This document shows, one piece after another, positions 56,488 through 64,000 of a stretch of DNA of 64,000 nt. Origin of the DNA: Polyangiaceae bacterium (GTDB lineage: Bacteria; Myxococcota_A; Polyangia; Polyangiales; Polyangiaceae); NCBI GenBank assembly GCA_965222375.1, contig CBDCTZ010000014.1, forward strand, positions 960,001-1,024,000, read 5' to 3'. Positions within the stretch are counted from its first letter, which is position 1. Every line of letters begins with the position of its first letter. The notes beneath the pieces are model-generated. The model had not been told where the DNA came from. It saw nothing but the letters and a program-made list of their open reading frames with translations, and made no database searches. The position numbers were made by a program, and so were the translations under genes.

Positions 56488-57947
56488 CGGTGAGCAGCGT
56501 CACAATCATCGCCCTGTGGCTGTTCGAAGCCATGCGTTTGGCTCTGCGGGCGATGTTGGTCGTGCTCAGCTCGCACTTCCTCCGGGCGGCATGGACCAGC
56601 TTTCGAGCCAAGGACCCAGTTGCGCCGCCGCAGCCGACGGAGTGGCCAACGGTCACGGTGCAGCTCCCGGTTCGCAACGAGTACTACGTGGTTGAACGAG
56701 TCGTTCGTGCTGCGGCCGAGCTGTCCTACCCCCGGGACAAACTGCAGATCCAGGTACTGGATGATTCCACGGACGAGACCCGCCAGCGGGCCGCGGAGTT
56801 GTGCGCGGCGCTCAAGGATGCCGGCCAGGACGTCGAGCATATGCACCGGACGAGTCCCACCGGCTACAAGGCAGGTGCGTTGAACGCCGCTCTCCCTAGC
56901 GCAACCGGCGAGTTCATCGCGATGTTCGATTCAGACTGCGTGCCATCCAAGGATTTCCTCGAGCAGACCATTCCTTGGTTTTCGGATCCCAAGGTCGCTT
57001 GCGTTCAGGTGCGCTGGTCCTTCTTGAATCGCAACCGCTCGGTGCTGACGAGAGTTCAGGCCCTGGTCCTCGACGGACTGTTTGCCGTGGATCAATTCAG
57101 CCGCGCGGCCCAAAGGCTTCCCCTCCAGTTCAATGGAACGAACGGGATCTGGCGGCGCTCCGTGGTGCGAGAGGTGGGCCATTGGAGCCCTGAGATATTG
57201 GCTGAGGACGCTGACTTATCGTTCCGTGCCTACCTCGCGGGCTATCGAGTGGAGCACCTTCGGGATTACGCCGTGCCGACCGAGGTTCCAACGGACATGG
57301 CGGCGTTTCGAGCTCAACAACGTCGTTGGGCCTTGGGCAGCGCACAAATGCTGCGTACGCTGTCGATGCCCATACTGCGCTCCGACTTGCCGCTGCGCGC
57401 CAAGCTGATGATGTTCATGCATTTGGGGCGCCACTCGATCGACCCTCTGATTCTTCTTGCCTGTCTAACAACACCCTTCACGACCCTTTATGGGATGCCG
57501 TTTTTGGTCGACTACGGCGTGCCCGCGAACGTCGGTATCATCGCTTTGGTGGCGGGCTCCGCCTTGGTGTTCTACGCCCGCGCCTTGGCCCAGGTGAAAG
57601 CAAGCCGAGGGGACATCGTGCTGGTCCCGCTGGTCATCCTGCTCGCGATCGGCCTTTCCATCGTGTACACAGCGGCGGTGTTTCGCGGCCTGTTGGGGCG
57701 CGGCGGAGCTTTCGTGCGAACCCCAAAATCCGGCGGAGCGCCGGTTCGCCGCAAGGGGCCGGTGTACCACGCGCCGGTCGACGCCATCGCCGTCGTGGAA
57801 GTGCTCATGTCAGGTGCGCATGGGTACTGTTCGGTGCTGGCGTTCCAAGCCGGTTTCGTGCCCTACGCCTTCTTCTTTGCGGCCGTGTCGGTCGCGTTTG
57901 GCTGGGTCGGTTTGACATCCCTCTCGGCCAGGCTACGAAACGGCTAG
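56484..57947 (+). CDS. Processive GT2, cellulose-synthase-like (CslA-type)
   Basis: VLDDSTD, KAGAL, FDSD, FNGT, AEDAD, QQRRW (D,D,D,QxxRW) and C-terminal TMs. Confidence 0.9.
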   Translation: MTVSSVTIIALWLFEAMRLALRAMLVVLSSHFLRAAWTSFRAKDPVAPPQPTEWPTVTVQLPVRNEYYVVERVVRAAAELSYPRDKLQIQVLDDSTDETRQRAAELCAALKDAGQDVEHMHRTSPTGYKAGALNAALPSATGEFIAMFDSDCVPSKDFLEQTIPWFSDPKVACVQVRWSFLNRNRSVLTRVQALVLDGLFAVDQFSRAAQRLPLQFNGTNGIWRRSVVREVGHWSPEILAEDADLSFRAYLAGYRVEHLRDYAVPTEVPTDMAAFRAQQRRWALGSAQMLRTLSMPILRSDLPLRAKLMMFMHLGRHSIDPLILLACLTTPFTTLYGMPFLVDYGVPANVGIIALVAGSALVFYARALAQVKASRGDIVLVPLVILLAIGLSIVYTAAVFRGLLGRGGAFVRTPKSGGAPVRRKGPVYHAPVDAIAVVEVLMSGAHGYCSVLAFQAGFVPYAFFFAAVSVAFGWVGLTSLSARLRNG

Positions 57948-58960
57948 TCCGGAACGTGCGCGCGCCAGCGCACTTGCCACTTTCGTTCGAAGCGGAATCG
58001 GTTCACTTCGAAGCGTGCGACGTATTCCAGAGCTGAGAGTTTGCGGAACGAGCTGCCGGCGTTGTGGTGCACGAAAGTGTTCTCACACAAGAGGATCGAG
58101 TAGCCACGCTTGCGCAGCGCCATGCAGAGATCGTCATCATCGAACAGTCCGCGGTCGTAGCGTTCATCCAAGCCGCCAACGCTTTCGAACACTTTGCGAT
58201 CCAGCAAGGCACAGAACAGAGAGAGCTTCTTGACCCGGCGCACGCCTCGGCCCGCCAGACTTGCTACAACCAGCTCTAGCTCACCCACGCTCTGGTAGTT
58301 CGCGGCAAAGCTGGCAACGTCTCCGGTGTCACTGCCCAGCGGACCGACTAGCCCTGCGTCAGCTTCAGCCTCCAAGGCAGCGAACATGCCATGCACCCAT
58401 CCTCGAGTTACGACCACGTCACTGTTCAATACTAGAAGCAGCTCGCCCTTTGACAGCGCCGCAGCACGATTGACGGTTCTCGGGAAACCGAGATTGTTGT
58501 TATTGCGGTGCAGGGAAATGGGGTGATTCTGTGCAAACAGAGACAAGCGCTCGAATGTGTCGTCCGGTGACGCGTCGTCGATGACCAGGACTTCCGTGCC
58601 TGCGGGTGTGTGGGCCAAAACGGAGCGCAAGCAGCGCAAGGTCAAATCAGCGTTGCCGAAGGCCGGCACGAGCACACTCAGGCTGCGTGGCAGAGCTTCA
58701 CAGGCGGTATGTGGAAACTCACTTTCCACCGGAATATCCGCGTCGAAACTGAAGGGCGACAACCTGAGTGGGGACAGGGCGCGCCGCAGGGGCCTGACAA
58801 GAGCGCGGGGCAAAGCTCGTTTGACACCGCTGAGGGCGTTGCTGCTCGGCCGCAGCCGCCTCTGCAACGCTGCTAGTGTGACGATCCGCAGTCGCCTGGC
58901 TGCGGACAGCTGACGAAATCCCTCCGGCGGGCGAGCTTCAGCGTCTTTGGTGGATGGCAT
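57944..58960 (-). CDS. GT2 glycosyltransferase
   Basis: VIDDASPD, NLGF, LNSD, GGLDERY and DDDDLC. Confidence 0.88.
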   Translation of the reverse strand: MPSTKDAEARPPEGFRQLSAARRLRIVTLAALQRRLRPSSNALSGVKRALPRALVRPLRRALSPLRLSPFSFDADIPVESEFPHTACEALPRSLSVLVPAFGNADLTLRCLRSVLAHTPAGTEVLVIDDASPDDTFERLSLFAQNHPISLHRNNNNLGFPRTVNRAAALSKGELLLVLNSDVVVTRGWVHGMFAALEAEADAGLVGPLGSDTGDVASFAANYQSVGELELVVASLAGRGVRRVKKLSLFCALLDRKVFESVGGLDERYDRGLFDDDDLCMALRKRGYSILLCENTFVHHNAGSSFRKLSALEYVARFEVNRFRFERKWQVRWRAHVPD

Positions 58961-59672
58961 GCCACCGGTTGCTGTTCAAGGAGGTGTCGATAGGTAGAGG
59001 ATCGACGGACTCTAGGTCTGCCATCGTCATCGGCTGAACGTTCGCGCCAAGGCTGCGCGCGAACTCGAGGTAACTCTGACGGGGCCCCCCGATGTGGAGC
59101 ACGCCTCGGGCTTCTGACAAGGCCGCGGCCGCCAGCTGTGAGGCGGCTTTAGCCACGGGTAGTTTGGATGTGAATCGATCTGTGAACGCCTTGGGATAGG
59201 GCCAGGTCTCGTTGAAGGAGAGCCGAACAGAAAGCGAATCTGGATGCTGGAGAGCAAGTTGCTCCCCGGCAAACTTGGTCAGAGGATAGTAGCCGAGTGG
59301 GCAGGGCGTGTCCTGTTCTGTGTACATTCCACCCGGCTTGCTGCCATCGAAGACGAAGTCCGTAGAGACGTAGACCAGTCGCGCGCCGGCCGCCTCGGCT
59401 GCTCGGGCCAGAGTGCCCGTGCCGAAGATGTTCACGCGACTCATGGCGCGCCTATCCTCGGCCGAGTCGGTGCCCCGGCTGCGAATACGCGCCGCGCAGT
59501 GGATCACAAGCGCGGGGCGCAGTGTCGCCACTTGGTCCAGCACCCCTTGGGGCCGCCGCAGATCCAGCTCGCTGGAACTCGGGCTGACCAAGCTGTGCTC
59601 CGCCAACGCCTCCGCGGCCAGCACATGCCGGCCAAGGGTGCCACTACCACCAGTTACCAGGATCCGCGCCAC
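58938..59672 (-). CDS. rmlD: dTDP-4-dehydrorhamnose reductase-like SDR (short)
   Basis: TGGSGTLG, VIHCAA, STDFVFDG and YPLTK..GE. Confidence 0.78.
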   Translation of the reverse strand: MARILVTGGSGTLGRHVLAAEALAEHSLVSPSSSELDLRRPQGVLDQVATLRPALVIHCAARIRSRGTDSAEDRRAMSRVNIFGTGTLARAAEAAGARLVYVSTDFVFDGSKPGGMYTEQDTPCPLGYYPLTKFAGEQLALQHPDSLSVRLSFNETWPYPKAFTDRFTSKLPVAKAASQLAAAALSEARGVLHIGGPRQSYLEFARSLGANVQPMTMADLESVDPLPIDTSLNSNRWHAIHQRR

Positions 59673-59844
59673 GGTTGGCGCAGCTTACACCGAAGCTGAC
59701 ACGCTCTGGCGTCGGACCGGACCTGTTGTGTCGGGGTCGAACCGGGCCTCGAGCGCCCGGCAAGAGTCCAATTTGCTCCGACCCGCCGGATTTCCGCACA
59801 AGACTCTGGAGTCTCGGGCCGACAACCGGCATATCACGGGTTCG

Positions 59845-60717
59845 ATGAGCGAAGCGCACGTGGTGTTCCGCCACCGAACTCCCAGGGGCACTTATCTAGG
59901 TGGTGTCGAGGGGCGCGCCCTGCGACTTGGGCGCTTGCGCCACCTGCTGATCGAGCTGTCCCAGCATCGTCACGCACTCAGTGTGTTCACGATGAGTCGA
60001 TTTCGAGCGACCTACCGGGCCCAGGCGCTTGGACTACTCTGGCCTGTTGCGAACCCGACGATCTTGATGATCGTGATGACGGTGTTCTTCGGAGTCATCT
60101 TCCCGCCCGATGTCAAAGCCTATCCAGTTTTTCTGCTTCTTGGCCTCGTGCCCTGGCATTTTCTCTCCCACGCTTGGACGGACGGTACGACGTGCTTGTT
60201 GCAGCATGCGGCGGTCATCAAGAGGACCAGCGTGCCGGCCTACGTGGTCAGCATGGGTACGGTGTTTTCTCATACCTTCAATCTGGGCTTCGCTTCGCTG
60301 TCACTCCTACCGCTGATCGCGTTCTACCCCGAAGCGTTTCAGGTCTCGTTGGCCATGATCGCGTTGCCGGTGATGATCCTGCTTCTGGTCTGCTTGGGGC
60401 TCGGCCTGGCCTTGCTAACGGGGATCTTGAATGTGGTGTACCGGGACGTGGGCTACATCGTGAATTCAGTGCTGCTTGTCCTGTTCTGGGCCACGCCAAT
60501 CATCTATCCGCTGCAGAAGGTGCCCGAGGCCTACCAGAGCTGGATGCTGTTCAACCCCATGGCGTCGCTGATCCATTGCATTCGAGCCATCATCATGGAT
60601 GGTGCGTTCCCGCCGGCACAGGCTTTCTGGTCCGCTACGCTGGTTTGCGTCGGAATCTTGCTGCTCGGGTCGTTGATCTATCGACGTTTCTCGATGGTGG
60701 TGGCGGATCATGTCTGA
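59845..60717 (+). CDS. wzm: ABC-2 polysaccharide export permease
   Basis: RATYRAQALGLLW...NP, YRDVGYI, FWATPIIYP and FNPM; six TMs. Confidence 0.88.
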   Translation: MSEAHVVFRHRTPRGTYLGGVEGRALRLGRLRHLLIELSQHRHALSVFTMSRFRATYRAQALGLLWPVANPTILMIVMTVFFGVIFPPDVKAYPVFLLLGLVPWHFLSHAWTDGTTCLLQHAAVIKRTSVPAYVVSMGTVFSHTFNLGFASLSLLPLIAFYPEAFQVSLAMIALPVMILLLVCLGLGLALLTGILNVVYRDVGYIVNSVLLVLFWATPIIYPLQKVPEAYQSWMLFNPMASLIHCIRAIIMDGAFPPAQAFWSATLVCVGILLLGSLIYRRFSMVVADHV

Positions 60718-61462
60718 GCCGGCGTTGCACGTCCGCTTTGACAAGGTCGGCAAGGCGTACCGTCGCAGGCACCTCAAGTCGTTCTTGCTCCACGACTTGT
60801 GGCCGGGTCGGTCGCTGGAAGCGGACGGGGTGGATGACTTCTGGGCGCTGCGGGACGTCAGCTTTGACGTGTCCGCCGGGGAGACGGTTGCCATCCTCGG
60901 CACCAACGGTAGCGGAAAGAGTACGACCCTCGCTTTGGCCGCCGGCGCCAGTCACCCGTCTGAAGGGCGGATCTCGATGCGTGGTCGCGTGGCTCCGGTT
61001 CTCGCGCTGGGCGTGGGCTTCGAGCCAGACATGACAGCGCCTGAGAATGCATACATCAACGCAAGCCTCTTGGGAGTCGGCAGGGAGGAAGCCGCGGAGC
61101 GAATTGACGAGATCTTGAGTTTTGCCGACCTCAGGGATTTCGTGAACGTGCCGGTTCGCAACTACTCCACGGGCATGGTGGCGCGCTTGGGCTTTGGTGT
61201 GGCCATGCACGTGGACGCCGATGTGCTGCTCGTGGATGAAGTGCTAGCCGTTGGCGACGGAGCATTTCAACACAAGTGCCTGACTCGGTTGCGGGAGCTG
61301 CAGGCCCAAGAAAAGACTTTGCTTTTTGTCACTCATGACTTGGACATGGCGGACAAAGTGTGTGACCGCTGCATCTGGGTCCGGCAGGGTAAGCTCGAAG
61401 CCGACGGTCCCCTCGCCGATGTGCTGCCCGACTACAAGGCGTTCCTGGACACCCTTGGCTGA
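60710..61462 (+). CDS. wzt: ABC polysaccharide export ATP-binding protein
   Basis: FWALRDVSF, GTNGSGKST, YSTGM..RLGF, DEVLAVGD..F..KC and H-loop. Confidence 0.92.
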   Translation: MSEPALHVRFDKVGKAYRRRHLKSFLLHDLWPGRSLEADGVDDFWALRDVSFDVSAGETVAILGTNGSGKSTTLALAAGASHPSEGRISMRGRVAPVLALGVGFEPDMTAPENAYINASLLGVGREEAAERIDEILSFADLRDFVNVPVRNYSTGMVARLGFGVAMHVDADVLLVDEVLAVGDGAFQHKCLTRLRELQAQEKTLLFVTHDLDMADKVCDRCIWVRQGKLEADGPLADVLPDYKAFLDTLG

Positions 61463-61473
61463 CGCTGCTCAGC

Positions 61474-62757
61474 TCAAAGAGTGACTTCGACGGGGGTAGG
61501 CTCAGATGCCGAGATGGCCTTGCCCACTTGGCCGGAAGCGTTGTTGCCCCAACAATGGACGGATTCCGCTTGAGAGCTGCCCTGCGGCAGCGTGAGCGCG
61601 CAGGTGAAGGAAATCCCAGCAGCAATGTCGAACACAATGGTTCCCGCCGGGAGTTTGACCTCCGTGGGCGTGCTTACGGCGGTGGTATTGCCCGTGCCGA
61701 GTTGCCCCTTCGCGTTGCCGCCCCAACAGTAGGCCTTGCCAGTTTGCGTGGCGCAGGTGTGGTCGCTCCCCGCGGCGACCCGGGTCGGCTTGAAGTTCCC
61801 GCCACCCAAACTGACCTTTGTCGGGCTCGGCACCGTCGCCGTCGTATTGCCGTTGCCCACCTGCCCAGCGGAGTTCAGGCCCCAGCAGTACAAATCGCCG
61901 CCCTTAGCGATTGCACAGGTGTGTTTCGAGCGCGACGAGAGTTGGCTGACGTCTGAGCTGAGCGTGATGGGCTTGGGCGCGAATGAATCGGACTGAGTCC
62001 CAATCCCCAGCTGGCCGTCCTCGTTTTCTCCCCAGCACTGGGCCGTGCCCGTGGCGGGCGCGGTGCAGGTGTGAGCCGCGCCGGCTGCTACGCTGAACTG
62101 CCCGGTTTGAATGGTCTTCTTGGGCGCCGGCACATTGCTTGGCAATCCAGTTGTTGATGACTGGAAGCTGGTGTTGCTGCCCCAGCACACCACGTCCGAG
62201 TCTACGACCACGCAGGTGTGTGCGGCGCCCGCCGCTGCCGCTTTGACCACGTCGGTTCCACCAATGGTGATGCTCGTCGGAGTGCCCCGACTCTCGAGCT
62301 TGCCGATGCCGAGCTCACCTTGACTGCCTTTGCCCCAGCACCAATCCCCAGAGGGTCCAAAAGCGCAGGTGTGGAAGTTCCCCGCGACCACGATGCTGGC
62401 GTTGCTGACACCCTCGACACGCGTGGGCTTGATCACACCATCCGCGGGGCCGCCGGTGCCGAGCTGACCGTTGCTATTTGAACCCCAACAGAACACTCGA
62501 TCCGTGGAGTCCACGATGCACACGTGGCTGCCGCCTGCCGCAATTCGTCGCAAAGGCGCTTTGGCCGAGACACCGGGAATGCCGCCAGAGCCGCCGCCCG
62601 CGCCTGCAACCGCGCCCGCGCCCGCGCTCCCCGCCGCACCCCCGGCTCCGCCCTGAGCTGGGCCAACCAAGTCGTCCAGGGTGTTCGTGAACGTGCACCC
62701 GCCGATGCCCGTCACCGTCACGACGCTGCTGAGGAAGATAGCGGTTCGTCTATGCAT
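61474..62757 (-). CDS. RCC1-repeat lipoprotein
   Basis: Seven AG..HTC......CWG.N..GQLG repeats; lipobox IGGC after ATG 62757. Confidence 0.9.
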   Translation of the reverse strand: MHRRTAIFLSSVVTVTGIGGCTFTNTLDDLVGPAQGGAGGAAGSAGAGAVAGAGGGSGGIPGVSAKAPLRRIAAGGSHVCIVDSTDRVFCWGSNSNGQLGTGGPADGVIKPTRVEGVSNASIVVAGNFHTCAFGPSGDWCWGKGSQGELGIGKLESRGTPTSITIGGTDVVKAAAAGAAHTCVVVDSDVVCWGSNTSFQSSTTGLPSNVPAPKKTIQTGQFSVAAGAAHTCTAPATGTAQCWGENEDGQLGIGTQSDSFAPKPITLSSDVSQLSSRSKHTCAIAKGGDLYCWGLNSAGQVGNGNTTATVPSPTKVSLGGGNFKPTRVAAGSDHTCATQTGKAYCWGGNAKGQLGTGNTTAVSTPTEVKLPAGTIVFDIAAGISFTCALTLPQGSSQAESVHCWGNNASGQVGKAISASEPTPVEVTL

Positions 62758-62921
62758 GAAAGACCCAAGAAAAGCCCCGGATTCAACATTTGGGCAACAC
62801 CCAGATCTATAGCAGGCCGGGCGAAATTGGGACACGTTCGAAAGCTATTTTTGCTTTGCGCCGCGGCCGCCCCCACCTGCTTTGTCGCCTGCGCCTGCAG
62901 CCCTGGCTATGGTCGCTTCCC

Positions 62922-63185
62922 ATGACGCCGGAAACTCGAGCCCGATACTGGCGCAAAAACCTATCCTACCTCGCCCTACTTCTCGGTGTTTGGTTTCTGG
63001 TGTCCTACGGCTTCGGGATCCTGCTGGTCGATCAATTGGATCGCATTCGAATTGGAGGTTTTGGACTTGGGTTCTGGTTTGCGCAGCAGGGAAGCATCTA
63101 TGTCTTCGTGATCTTGGTCTTTGTCTATGTGCGGCTGATGAACCGCCTGGATCGTCAGTTCGGCGTGCAGGAGAATGACGAGTGA
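62922..63185 (+). CDS. DUF4212 small subunit of a solute:sodium symporter
   Basis: [20 protein letters not shown] and MNRLDRQFG. Confidence 0.88.
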   Translation: MTPETRARYWRKNLSYLALLLGVWFLVSYGFGILLVDQLDRIRIGGFGLGFWFAQQGSIYVFVILVFVYVRLMNRLDRQFGVQENDE

Positions 63186-64000
63186 GCGTTCAGGGTTGGA
63201 CCTTCGCCCTAGTGGGCCTTTCCTTTGCCCTGTACATCGGCATTGCGATCTGGTCTCGCGCGGGATCCACCGGGGAGTTCTACGTTGCCGGTGGGCGCGT
63301 GCACCCGACGCTCAATGGCATGGCGACCGCGGCTGACTGGATGAGTGCCGCTTCCTTCATCAGCATGGCGGGCCTGATTTCGTTCATGGGCCGAGACGGT
63401 TCCGTATATCTGATGGGCTGGACGGGGGGCTATGTGCTCTTGGCGTTGTTGTTGGCCCCCTACCTCCGCAAGTTCGGCAAGTTCACGGTGCCGGATTTCA
63501 TCGGGGACCGCTATGAGAGTCAGGCCGCGCGCCTGGTCGCCGTAGTGTGCGCGATCTTCGTTTCTTTCACCTACGTGGCTGGGCAAATGCGCGGCGTTGG
63601 GATCGTCTTTTCGCGATTTTTGGACGTTGGCGTGAACACGGGCGTGCTGATTGGCATGGGTATCGTGTTCTTCTACGCCGTCCTAGGCGGCATGAAGGGC
63701 ATCACCTACACCCAGGTCGCTCAATACTGCGTGCTCATGTTCGCCTACCTGGTGCCGGCAATCTTCATCTCGATCATGGTCACAGGCCACGTCGTGCCTC
63801 AGCTTGGCTTTGGGTCGACGCTGTCGGACGGCTCTGGAATCCATCTTCTCGAGCGGGTTGACCAGTTGAGCACGGACCTGGGTTTTGCGGCGTACACGGG
63901 CGGCCAGAAGGCGCGCCTGGATGTGTTCTGCATCACCTTTGCCTTGATGGTGGGCACCGCCGGGCTGCCCCACGTCATCGTCCGTTTCTACACCGTGCCG
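63182..64000 (+). CDS. Sodium:solute symporter (ActP-like), truncated by the window end
   Basis: Not in the ORF track. From GTG 63182: [49 protein letters not shown] and [18 protein letters not shown]. Confidence 0.92.
   Translation, partial: MSVQGWTFALVGLSFALYIGIAIWSRAGSTGEFYVAGGRVHPTLNGMATAADWMSAASFISMAGLISFMGRDGSVYLMGWTGGYVLLALLLAPYLRKFGKFTVPDFIGDRYESQAARLVAVVCAIFVSFTYVAGQMRGVGIVFSRFLDVGVNTGVLIGMGIVFFYAVLGGMKGITYTQVAQYCVLMFAYLVPAIFISIMVTGHVVPQLGFGSTLSDGSGIHLLERVDQLSTDLGFAAYTGGQKARLDVFCITFALMVGTAGLPHVIVRFYTVP

Noticed and set aside
1..64000. CRISPR array, tRNA/rRNA, transposase, integrase or phage genes
   Set aside because: No regularly spaced repeats, cloverleaf-like segments or recognisable mobile-element proteins found by eye

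Overview
GC-rich bacterial DNA that looks myxobacterial (Polyangiales-like; inferred from the many Gly-linker and Cys-rich lipoproteins, a Ser/Thr kinase-PEGA module and an RCC1-repeat lipoprotein). About 51 coding regions are supported; I found no rRNA, tRNA, CRISPR array or transposase. Left part (1-20.2 kb): signalling, fatty-acid uptake and catabolism genes, plus three lipoprotein homologues of eukaryote-type protein-modifying enzymes (a PHM-like copper monooxygenase, a protein-arginine deiminase coupled to a HEAT-repeat protein, and a frameshifted transglutaminase-elicitor/somatomedin-B protein). Centre and right (20.3-61.5 kb): a ~41 kb surface-glycan locus in seven alternating transcription blocks, with Wzm/Wzt, RmlA/RmlD-like enzymes, GT2/GT4 enzymes, a polyprenol-phosphate sugar synthase and four GT-C-like membrane proteins. 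Its core resembles a natural-product tailoring set: four paralogous FemAB/GNAT-like proteins, two PaaK-like adenylating enzymes, an L-amino-acid-ligase-type ATP-grasp enzyme, a PhyH dioxygenase, a UPF0489 hydrolase, a YdjC deacetylase, four methyltransferases and three radical SAM enzymes. One of these is a RiPP-type C-methyltransferase with no visible precursor peptide. This glycan-plus-tailoring locus is the best candidate for an undescribed system. All calls come from reading motifs by eye, not from database searches.
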